The notes beneath the pieces are model-generated. The model did no database searches, was not told the DNA's origin, and saw only the letters and a program-made list of their open reading frames with translations. The translations under genes were made by a program, and so were the position numbers. From contig NW_018407210.1 in the NCBI RefSeq assembly GCF_002113885.1, positions 160,926 through 205,292 on the forward strand: a stretch of 44,367 bases of DNA, written 5' to 3'. Numbering within the stretch: position 1 is the stretch's first letter; the number at the start of each line of letters is the position of its first letter. This DNA comes from Mizuhopecten yessoensis. Lineage: Eukaryota. Below, in pieces: positions 10,691 through 20,233 of this stretch.

Positions 10691-10844
10691 AAAGATCCTG
10701 TTCTGTAGACAACCAGGCATTGTTGACACTGCTGATGGCCACCTTGTTGTTGTGTGGAAGAGTGGAGTAGAACTCATTGAGGACAGACTGCTTGTCTTCT
10801 GGTTCACCTCTTAGCTTCATTAACAAAGCTTCAGCCTTCTCAAT
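10686..10844 (-). CDS. PARP4: PARP4-like exon 7: IEKAEALLMKLRGEPEDKQSVLNEFYSTLPHNNKVAISSVNNAWLSTEQDLCQ
   Basis: ttttag acceptor and CAG|GTAGGT donor. Matches human SKAEGILLLVKAALKNGE..EFYRLIPHKG..KKADLCQ. Confidence 0.75.
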
Positions 10845-10974
10845 CTAAAACATCCCATAAAAACCTAATTTTCCAGTGGATAAGGTCAAATCACATTCTG
10901 GATCAGTCTCAATTCATAGTGTTCTGGCTTATTACATTAATTTGTTACTAATCCATTTAATTCATCATTTCATT

Positions 10975-11360
10975 GGAGCACATTCATGAAACAGCATAGT
11001 ACTGGAGGTCAAGGTCAAAAGGTCAAATTGAGGTAACAATGACCTCATATTAGGATATTTTTTATTTTAAATAAGGCTTTTCCATGATGTACTTATATAC
11101 AACATTTGATCCCAATTCATGAAACAGTGGCTGAATAATGCTCTTACCACCAATATTTCAGTATTTGAGGTCAAGGTCAGTCAAGGTCCCATGATGTTCA
11201 TATGTACAAAGTTTGATGCCTATTCATGAAACAACATCAAAGATATGCTCTGAAAACCATCATTATAGTACTTGAGGTCAAAGTCAAAGGTCAAATTGAG
11301 GTCACATTGACCTCATGTTAGGATGTGACACACCACTTCCCCATGATGCACTTATGATAC
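10975..11360. repeat. ~125-bp degenerate tandem repeat x3, rich in AGGTCA direct repeats (gaggtcaaggtcaaa..ggtcaaattgaggtcacattgacctcat)
   Basis: Each copy has a catgaaaca..gaggtcaaggtca core. Confidence 0.75.
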
Positions 11361-11472
11361 CTGGACAAATCAAATACTATATGCCCCTTACTTTTGTCAA
11401 AGCAGGAGTATAAGCATGGGGATAAACACATTATTTCACATATCAGTGATGCTGGTACTCCAGTCTTCTGAC

Positions 11473-11607
11473 CTGTTCTAGTTTGACTGAGCTTGGTGAG
11501 GTCAGGATCTCTGATAGGTCTGAGTAGGCCTCCCTCCATATTCCCTCCACTAGTTCACAGACAGGATCAGATAACTCTGCTTTCTCTAATCCAAATGCCA
11601 TCATCAT
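11473..11607 (-). CDS. PARP4: PARP4-like exon 6: MMMAFGLEKAELSDPVCELVEGIWREAYSDLSEILTSPSSVKLEQ
   Basis: tgtcag acceptor and CAG|GTCAGA donor. Matches human SQEVSDLVEMIWAEALGHLEHMLL. Confidence 0.65.
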
Positions 11608-11872
11608 CTGACAAACAGAATAATTCAATTTATCATTGTTCATTAAAGTAATTCTTTTAAATTATTATGCATAATTATGAAAACTGAAAATCAATAAAAA
11701 AAGCTTAACCGAAATCTCTTCTTGTCACAGACTGCACTTTGAGACCTTCAGGCCTCATACTAATTTTTTTTTTTAAATCTAACATATTTTAAATTTCCGT
11801 TTCAAACATAAGAATGACAGAAAACTAAAGACTGCTTGGTTCAAACTTGTTGATTTTCAGAGATTTGCTAAC

Positions 11873-12034
11873 CTTTTGAAAGTTCAATGTGCCTATGCCC
11901 CTGGGAGGTGCATCATGGGATACCTCCATTAGATTTGGGTGTTCCGTCTGCTGTTTGTACAAGAAACTGTACATCTTGGTAGCTTCGTCTGATGTCTCAA
12001 CATAATAACATTCCATTTTCTCAGGTTTTCCTTC
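11873..12034 (-). CDS. PARP4: PARP4-like exon 5: EGKPEKMECYYVETSDEATKMYSFLYKQQTEHPNLMEVSHDAPPRGIGTLNFQK
   Basis: gatag acceptor and AAG|GTTAGC donor; phase 0 to 0. Confidence 0.6.
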
Positions 12035-12534
12035 CTATCAAGTAAGTTAAGAAATGTTATAAACATTTTTTTACATGTATCATACTTAGAGGATCTTAAG
12101 TGAATTTTCATATCATACAGAATTTGAATTTGTGAAATGAGTGTAAGAATTCTTTATTTTATTGAGACTCTAGTGAGTTGAAATGACACATTTGTGATGA
12201 CCTTCATAATATAAACCTCATATGAAATGGAAAGGCACGTAAGATTCTGTTTACCCAACATTCTTGAAAACAACACTATCTTAGGTTGACTTGAATTTAA
12301 AATATCAACATTCTCTATCCAACTTGTTTTCTTTTAACTGTAACATCACAATGGAAATGGAAGTCTGTGACATCAGGAAGTTATGACATCACTATGGAAA
12401 CAATAGGAATATATAGCCAATCACAGCTCATGCACCTAAAGGTGAAATTTAATGTGTATTCGTAACACAATAACGCAGTTAGTGTTATACACTGATACAA
12501 GCAGGGTTTCTGTATCAGAATAACTTTACACCAC

Positions 12535-13345
12535 TAATTATTTACTCATCTGTCTCATTGAAAATGAGCTATTTGTATTTATTTACTCATCTGTCTCATT
12601 GAGAATGTGCTATTTGTATTTATTTACCCATCTGTCTCATTGAGATGAGCTATTTGTATTTATTTACTCATCTGTATCATTGAGAATGAGCTATTTGCAT
12701 TTATTTACTCATCTGTCTCATTGAAAATCAGCTATTTGTATTTATTTACTAATCTGTCTCATTGAAAATGAGCTATTTGTATTAATTTAACCATCCGTCT
12801 CATTGAGCATGAGCTATTTGTATTTATTTACACATCTGTCTCATTGAAAATGATCTATTTGTATTTATTTACTCATCTGTCGCATTGAGAATGAGCTATT
12901 TGTTTTTTTTTCCCCGCCTGTCTCATTGAGAATGAGCTTTTTGTTTTTTTTTCCCCGCCTGTCTCATTGAGAATGAGCTTTTTGTTTTTTTTTCCCCGCC
13001 TGTCTCATTGAGAATGAGCTTTTTGTTTTTTTTTCCCCGCCTGTCTCATTGAGAATGAGCTTTTTGTTTTTTTTTCCCCGCCTGTCTCATTGAGAATGAG
13101 CTATTTGTTTTTTTTTCCCCGCCTGTCTCATTGAGAATGAGCTTTTTGTTTTTTTTTCCCCGCCTGTCTCATTGAGAATGAGCTTTTTGTTTTTTTTTCC
13201 CCGCCTGTCTCATTGAGAATGAGCTATTTGTATTTATTTACTCATCTGTCTCATTGAAAATGAGCTATTTGTATTTATTTACTCATGTCTCATTGAGAAT
13301 GAGCTATTTGTATTTATTTACTCATCTGTCTCATTGAGAATGAGC
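12535..13345. repeat. 41-47 bp tandem repeat (tttactcatctgtctcattgagaatgagctatttgtattta and variant tttttttttccccgcctgtctcattgagaatgagctttttg), ~18 copies
   Basis: Period 41 (12541 to 12582 to 12623); a poly-T/CCCCGCC subvariant block at 12890-13200. Confidence 0.95.
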
Positions 13346-13434
13346 TATTTGTATTTTGAACAGATGTTCATCATTGATATATATACTAAATTTACAAAAA
13401 AACACAATGAAGTATTGGTAATTTGATATTGTAC

Positions 13435-13569
13435 CTGGATGTGTTTGAGGTTGCCATGGTGTTTGGATACCCTGAATCTGTGGATTTGTCCAGGCAGAAA
13501 GTCCCGTTCTTCAGTAACGTGAACCTCCAGCACACAGAAAAAAATCCTCCCTGCACTCTTTACATATTT
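13435..13569 (-). CDS. PARP4: PARP4-like exon 4: KYVKSAGRIFFCVLEVHVTEERDFLPGQIHRFRVSKHHGNLKHIQ
   Basis: tttcag acceptor and CAG|GTACAA donor. Matches human AVVVELQCSRDSRDCPFLISSHF. Confidence 0.6.
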
Positions 13570-13844
13570 CTGAAACAGTAACCAAGCCAGGACATGCAAA
13601 ATAACAAGTACGGTATTTACTTCAGTAAGTGTATATTTATGTTGACTGTCTTTTCATGAGGAACTTGAGTTCTGATCTAATTCATGTGTGTTACATTTGA
13701 GTACCTCTGTATACCCATTTTATATGTTGATAAGGTGTGGATTAAAAAACTATTTACATGGGTGATAATGCAAAATTGTTCCTTAAAGACTTGTAATCAA
13801 ATAAATCATAAGTTACGTTAGGACTGAAGAAGCAACAGTGAATA

Positions 13845-14710
13845 CCCAAGATATAATAAATTACATGTAACCCTGCCCCGATATAATAAATTACGTGTAA
13901 CTCTGCCCACATATAATAAATTACGTGTAACCCTGCCCAGATATAATAAATTACGTGTATCCCTGCCCAGATATAATAAATTACGTGTAACTCTGCCCAG
14001 ATATAATAAATTACGTGTAACCCTGCCCAGATATTATAAATTACATGTAACCCTGCCCAGATATAATAAATTACGTGTACCCCTGCCCAGATATAATAAA
14101 TTACGTGTAACCCGGCCCAGATATAATAAATTACGTGTAACCCTGCCCAGATATAATAAATTACCTGTAACCCTGCCCAGATATAATAAATTACATGTAA
14201 CTCTGCACGGATACAATAAATTACCTGTAACCCTGCCCGGATACAATAAATTACCTGTAACCCTGCCAAGATATAATAAATTACGTGTAACCCTGCCAAG
14301 ATCTAATAAATTACGTGTAACCCTGCCCAGATATAATAAATTACCTGTAACCCTGCCCAGATATAATAAATTACGTGTAACTCTGCCCGGATACAATAAA
14401 TTACCTGTACCCCTGCCCAGATATAATAAATTACATGTAACTCTGCACGGATACAATAAATTACCTGTAACCCTGCCCAGATATAATAAATTACATGTAA
14501 CTCTGCCCGGATACAATAAATTACCTGTAACCCTGCCCGGATACAATAAATTACCTGTAACCCTGCCCAGATATAATAAATTACATGTACCCCTGCCAAG
14601 ATATAATAAATTATGTGTAACCCTGCCCAGATATAATAAATTGTGTGTAACCCTGCCCAGATATAATAAAGTACATGTAACCCTGCCCAGATATAATAAA
14701 TTACATGTTA
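13845..14710. repeat. 30-bp satellite (ataataaattacgtgtaaccctgcccagat), ~29 copies
   Basis: Period 30; this produces the long minus-strand ORFs at 13754..14599. Confidence 0.95.
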
Positions 14711-14773
14711 CCCTGTTTCAAAGCAGATTCTGCAATGCTGGATGTAAACAAGTGATCTTTCTAGCGTTCTCAC

Positions 14774-14913
14774 CTGTAACACAGCATATTTTGCCACCTG
14801 GTATTTGGCGCTGTTGAAAATGGGAGTGTGTTTTTCCTGTAGTGGCCATGCCTTCACTCCCGCTGGATAGAAGGACGACTTCTTCCTCTTACCAAGAATC
14901 TGGTACTTTGTAG
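14774..14913 (-). CDS. PARP4: PARP4-like exon 3: (A)TKYQILGKRKKSSFYPAGVKAWPLQEKHTPIFNSAKYQVAKYAVLQ
   Basis: Phase-compatible with exon 2 (G|CT). CAG|GTGAGA donor. Weak match to the human ..DFEVAKYNTLEK region. Confidence 0.55.
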
Positions 14914-15691
14914 CTATCACAAAAGTAAACACAAAAACCCTTATATCCTTCATCAGCACATTTCAACTTCAAGAACTATTCATAAACTGTTCCATAATGT
15001 TGATAAAAAAATATGTCTGCTTGTTTGTTTCTTCAGGCAGAATAAAAATCAGATATTTGCTTTTAAATGAAGCAATACTTTTCCTTTGGAGAAATCAAAA
15101 TGATTGAAAATTTGTTTCAAGAAGCCAAATGCAGTAACATAAAGGTAAGATATAGCAACATATCTTTGCATAGACAATGAGTACTATTTTCTATGAGTTC
15201 AAATCCAAAACTCACAACCATCTAAATGGTGTGCCCTTGTTTTAAACATTTAACCATCATATGTACGAATAAAACATTAGTTATGAAAGTAAACTAAATA
15301 CTACTACTTAAAATTTGTCTGTAAGGATGCCCTGCTCCTACACTTAAGAAGTAAAGCAAGGTCATAAAAGTCAAGGTCAAAGGTCAAAGCTACAAAAAGT
15401 AATACAGTATCCTGTACTCACAGAGGAGCATTAGCATGTGAAGTGGCATGACCCTAGCTGCAGTAGTTACCACTAAGGCCAAAGAGGTGAAGCTCAAAGT
15501 TGGAAGGTCACAAAATTGCTGTAAAATGTGCTGTACTCACATAGACACATAGTCATGTAAAGTTACATAGCTGAGTTGCAGTGCTTGTAGTCCATAACTG
15601 ATCTAAACACAAAAGCTGAATCAGCTGGAAATATGTAAGTTTGTTTCGCTTATTTGAGGTACATTATGAAACATTTTATATAAATCTTTAC

Positions 15692-15890
15692 CTGCAATTT
15701 TACCAGAGCCAAGTTTCTGAGACCTTGTTTTGCCAATAACCAGGTAATCATCTGAACAAAGTAGTCTCCCTTCCTCCACACAGTCATACAGGAAGGCAAC
15801 GGACACAACGGGGATGCCATACTTCTGGGCCATCTTACGCTTGTAGCTGGTGTCCGCTTTGGCAGGGTCGTTACATACCACATGAGTACT
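15692..15890 (-). CDS. PARP4: PARP4-like exon 2 (BRCT C-terminal half): STHVVCNDPAKADTSYKRKMAQKYGIPVVSVAFLYDCVEEGRLLCSDDYLVIGKTRSQKLGSGKIA
   Basis: cctag acceptor and CAG|GTAAAG donor. Matches human QCTHIILDNADVLSQYQLNSIQKNHVHIANPDFIWKSIREKRLL. Confidence 0.7.
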
Positions 15891-16260
15891 CTAGGAAAAA
15901 TAAGCAGATTTTGTATTTTACAAATGATGTATATTTCTATTTGAATGAAGTTATATGATCGATTTAAGTGTGAACATGAATTTTCTCATAAAAGTACAAT
16001 ATACATTTGTACATGTACATTTCAAACTACTTATCTAAAAGTGTATGCCTAGTTATGAATGAAATTTGGCAAAGGTTTAAAGAAGATTTTATTAAACATT
16101 CTTATTTTTGAAGACCAACCATGACTAAAGAATATTGGCACATGCAATCTGTTTTAGTATAAGGATTTAATTTAGTAAATCAGCACTTTCTAGAGTTGAC
16201 CTTATTTGTAGTACTTTGACTTCTGGGTGCAAACTTGTTACCTGCTTAAAAGCTTCTTAC

Positions 16261-16392
16261 CTTCTTTGTAACAATGTAGGAGACAATCCCGTCATTATCT
16301 GTGATTTTCTTACGGATTTCTTGTTTCTTTTTGAAGCTGACACTTGTTGTTAGGTCAAGGACAACATGGCAACCACCGAATATTGTTGCCAT
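16261..16392 (-). CDS. PARP4: PARP4-like exon 1 (start codon; BRCT N-terminal half): MATIFGGCHVVLDLTTSVSFKKKQEIRKKITDNDGIVSYIVTKK
   Basis: ACCATGG Kozak context. Similar to human PARP4 MVMGIFANCIFCLKVKYL...GGKFSFSL. GTAAG donor after AAG. Confidence 0.7.
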
Positions 16393-17428
16393 GGTGATGT
16401 CTACAACTGTTGATCCCTATGTAGCCTGCTGTCAGTATTTAGGACTCTTTAGTTTGAAGTTGCACACACCAACTAATAATAGTCAAAGGTTTTTAATCTT
16501 AAATGAAGCTCAGCAATTCATCTGTTTATTGAAAAAATGATGAATCTGAAAAATAACAATACCTTTATTGATTACAAATTCAGCATTCTGAACTTTTAGA
16601 GTGTGAAATTGATAGAAAGCACTATAACGTTGGCCTAAAACAAATGCATTGTACATGTATAACTAAAATTCAAAGCTTAAAAACACAAGTGATTCAAAGT
16701 TACATGTGTATCAGCAAAAGAACAGTGTGGGGAAATACTGCCTTACTGCTATAGCTTTAGTTAAGCATGCAACAACAAGCATGGCTATGCAGTGCCTATA
16801 TATTGTAGATGTTATAGGTGGCAATGCTGTGACCCTTGCCGTATCCTGTAAGGCCAGTTCTAGGCGGCTCAGGGAAGGTGCATTAATTGGTACACATGCT
16901 GGGAGGACCCTCAAGATACCTGTACATGTACTTACTTTACAACAATTATGAAACATGTTATTTCCACTTTTATGATGATTACTCACTCTTGTTGGCCTGA
17001 ATGTTAGTGTGCGCGGAGTCTTAATGTGGGAGGAAACCAGAGTACCTGGAGAAAATCCATGTAGTTGGGCAGGTGACCCCATACTTTACAATATAAGGGC
17101 GAAAAACTGCCTCACTCATGCAGGCAAGCTAACTTTTCCAGCTACACAGTATATATATAACTCTGTCCTGTCCGCCATTCACATCTGGTAGCAGTGTAGT
17201 TACCTTGTGGTACATATCATGTAATTTTATAGTAACTCTGGCCAACTCTCAGTGCATGGTTAGGGAACAGCATTGGTACACATGGAATACATAACCTACA
17301 GGATTCCCCAGGTCAAGTCTCCGGATGATAATACTCCGAGGGGAATAGTGCAATAGCCAAAGAATATGTGGGGGAAATACTGCCTTCCTGGTAATTAAGC
17401 TAGCTTCTCCAGTGATGTGGTTTAACCA

Positions 17429-17577
17429 CAGGAGTCTGACGTTTAATTAATATATGTATAATAGTCTATATATAAAAAAATACCCCGTATACTATTTTTT
17501 TTATAGTATACGTGGTATTTTTTTTTTAAATATAGACTATTATATATATATTAATTAAACGTCAGACTCCTGTGGTA
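17429..17577. repeat. ~150-bp near-perfect palindrome (arms ~70 bp: ccacaggagtctgacgtttaattaatatat.tataatagtctatat.taaaaaaataccccgtatactat / its reverse complement)
   Basis: The right arm is the reverse complement of the left arm with 2-3 mismatches, centred near 17503. Confidence 0.9.
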
Positions 17578-18377
17578 CCAGGAAGAGCACCACTTTGACA
17601 TTGTTTCACTGTATGTTCCTTATACATTTCTATTGTTGCTATGGTACAATTTAAGAACCATCGTTAAAAATCAAGCTTCTTAAGCGCGAACTGCAATTTT
17701 AGTTTCATTGTTATACTCTGGTACCAACGTCGAGTGCACTGTGGTGAGAGTTACCCAAGAAAACTTGGATTGGTCTTGGACTCGTCTCTGCCACAAAGTG
17801 CGAGAGGAAATCTAAGCATCAGACATGATCAGTCGTGATCATAAATTTGATTTGTGTCCATGCATGGATAGTCCTGCACAATGTTAACGTAAATGGTGTT
17901 GTCAATGTGCAAATAACATATTAAAGCCAAAGCCATACCTGTAACATTTTTTAGTCACACTTGTCAGCCGCCCCAAAACATTGACAATGCGCATGCGTCA
18001 TACTTCTTCCTTATTCTATTTTTAGAAATGACACGGTGATTCCCCCATGTACAGGGGCTAGTGACAATTACCGCTTATTAAAGCAGCGGATCAGTATTAA
18101 AATATATGAAAAATCGTACAAATAGTGAGTAATTTCTTAAAGTACATGTATACAAATTCATTATTGTTGTATATATATATATTCCGGATATCAGGAATAA
18201 GAATAAGAATCAATATTGAAGTTAGGCTTCGCACCGTTATCTTGAGATATTTATTTTTCAGAACCCTGTGACACAAAATAAGCTATGACACATGCTACGT
18301 ACGTGTATGAGAACACATATTTGAAACCAGGAGCACATGACTCAATATGTGTACGCGTTTAAATGTTGTAGTCGATA

Positions 18378-18381
18378 ATAG
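18378..18381. other. Target-site duplication ATAG (left copy; the right copy is at 25978-25981)
   Basis: The same 4-mer immediately abuts both LTR outer ends. Confidence 0.7.
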
Positions 18382-18562
18382 TGTGGTGTTTGTTGACGTT
18401 CTGTAAGCGTGCGAATGACTGTGAGTGAAGCATGTGAGTGACCTCGAATTGTTCATGCATGTGTTTTGTTCCAAGATAAAAAGTACCCAAGCTGAGATAG
18501 CTGTCCAGTGTTCTATATTTGTGAAGCGTATGTGTGCCGACTGTACTGGTACGAATACAACA
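18382..18562 (+). repeat. 5' LTR (181 bp, tgtggtg...tacaaca)
   Basis: Identical to 25797..25977. The upstream and downstream flanks differ between the two copies. Confidence 0.9.
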
Positions 18563-18563
18563 A

Positions 18564-18581
18564 TGGCGTCACGAGCATTCC
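18564..18581 (+). promoter_or_regulatory. Primer-binding site TGGCGTCACGAGCATTCC, 1 nt after the 5' LTR
   Basis: TGG.. complementary to a tRNA 3' end ..GGAAUGCUCGUGACGCCA. Which tRNA is not determined; it is possibly Arg-like. Confidence 0.6.
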
Positions 18582-19319
18582 CGAGTCTGTTCGCGGAGGT
18601 CATGGATACGCTAGAATCCGAGGAGAATTTCTAGTGGGATTAATACAAGAGACGTAGAATCCCGGGTAGAGGGTGCGCGCCATCTTTGATTGTCTTTTGT
18701 GTGATACACGTGTTTTGTGTTTCACGTTGTCCCAATGTTTATGTTTTGTGTTTAGAGTTGTATCCTGGGTAGAGGGAGCAATTTATTCACAAATTCATTC
18801 GATAGTTGACCCGTGTAGAAGGCCAACTACTGTCTGATACCCTTGCGTGTTTTTAAATAATAAAACAAAAACCAAAAACGAAACAAACGGAAACGGAACG
18901 GTTATCTTAGGACAATAAAAAAATAAAATATTTAGACAACATTTTATTCGTGGTCACGTTGGTTAGGTGCTCTGGTGGCGCTGTACCAATGGTAACTGAT
19001 GTTTGATTAATTTAGTTTCAAGTGTATTCAGTGAGGTAGGTGTTCTGTTGACGCCAGGCTGCTCTGAATATCTATATATATATTTATTAATTTTTTTTTG
19101 CTCGCTGTGGTAGGTGTTCTGTTTGACGCTAACCCTCGAGTATTATTTATATTAAAACCACAGCTAGGGTGTCGGTTGTTTTTCTCTTACTGTTCTAATA
19201 TGCAGTGTGGTGGGTGGTAATTACCGCTACCCCTGTTTAATAGAAATAAATTTTGTAAAAGGATTTGGGTATATTTTTTTTTTTTTTTTCTCTTGTTGTT
19301 TCTGTGTTAACAGATCTAG

Positions 19320-20114
19320 ATGAACAAGCGGTATGCAGGGGTACTGATCGCAGATTCAAGAGCAAATAATTTTCAAAGATTTGGTCATCCAGAGGATTTC
19401 AACATCAAATTTATAATTCAGAGAGGCGCACAAATTCAGGACCTGGTGGCATTATCAATTCCAATCGTTCGGACATTTGAACCATCAAAAACTTTAATAA
19501 TAAAAGTTGCTGCTGGCATTAATGATTTGTTAAAATTGGAACGGGAGCCAGATGGGAAAATTCTAGTACCGTCAGACAGGTCACCGGACAATATTATTGA
19601 AGAACTTTCAGAATTTAGAACACGTGTACAGGTAGTTAGACCATCAAGCCGAGTTAGTTTCATCACCATCCCTCCTGCTTCGTTAAAAGACTTTCAACTT
19701 AATAAATCCTCCAAACCAATTAACCAAAATCTGGTAACAAAATTACAAGAACAACACAATAAAACTGTGTTGGAGGTAAATTCTAGAATTCACCATTTAA
19801 ATAACCAGACAGTGCCAACGGGTTGGACAGTTAAGTGGGCAGATACCATTGTTCACAAACACAAGAAAAGGAGAGGCCGTGCACGGAAAGTGATTACCGC
19901 TTACCGGTATTCCTTTGAACAGTATTACGATGGCTTACATGCCAAATCTGATGTAAAGAAAGAGTGGTACAAACAGGTGGTTTCTGGAATTCGAGGGGAT
20001 ATTACCAAATTGGAAAAACCAGGAAGTGAGATTCGAATTGTCACCACAGAATCTTCAGAAGAGGACACTCCGGTAGACACTGACGATAAAAGTTGGAAGA
20101 GACTTAAACGGTAA
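19320..20114 (+). CDS. ORF0 (264 aa) in the retrotransposon leader: SGNH/GDSL-hydrolase-like (esterase) protein
   Basis: Block I VLIADSRAN (Ser13), block II RGAQ (Gly), block III AAGINDL (GxND), block V YDGLHAKSD (DGxH). Basic KHKKRRGRARK stretch. Confidence 0.7.
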   Translation: MNKRYAGVLIADSRANNFQRFGHPEDFNIKFIIQRGAQIQDLVALSIPIVRTFEPSKTLIIKVAAGINDLLKLEREPDGKILVPSDRSPDNIIEELSEFRTRVQVVRPSSRVSFITIPPASLKDFQLNKSSKPINQNLVTKLQEQHNKTVLEVNSRIHHLNNQTVPTGWTVKWADTIVHKHKKRRGRARKVITAYRYSFEQYYDGLHAKSDVKKEWYKQVVSGIRGDITKLEKPGSEIRIVTTESSEEDTPVDTDDKSWKRLKR

Positions 20115-20129
20115 TTGTAATACGGCAGC

Positions 20130-20230
20130 GGGTTGGTGATCTGTTGTCGCCTTATCCCCTGCACCGTAGAACTCTTAAACGATAAGTTGAGGTTGTGGGT
20201 TGGTGATCTGTTGTCGCCTTATCCCCTGCC
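20130..20230 (+). repeat. Two copies of a 33-bp direct repeat (gggttggtgatctgttgtcgccttatcccctgc) at 20130-20162 and 20198-20230, immediately upstream of the gag ATG
   Basis: Exact duplication separated by 35 bp. Confidence 0.9.
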
Positions 20231-20233
20231 ACA

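Noticed and set aside
13754-14599. Overlapping minus-strand ORFs of 181, 170 and 98 aa
   Set aside because: All three are translations of the 30-bp satellite in different frames (AGLHVIYYIW repeats and similar). They are repeat artefacts.
16711-17082. 123-aa minus-strand ORF and the overlapping plus-strand ORFs
   Set aside because: No recognisable domain, no splice or start context, and low complexity. It overlaps a dispersed repeat (the cactcttgttggcc..gttag family, which is also at 29936).
18295-18603. Minus-strand 102-aa ORF, with its twin at 25779..26141
   Set aside because: Both span the identical LTRs. The duplication of this ORF follows directly from the LTR duplication, and no domain was recognised.
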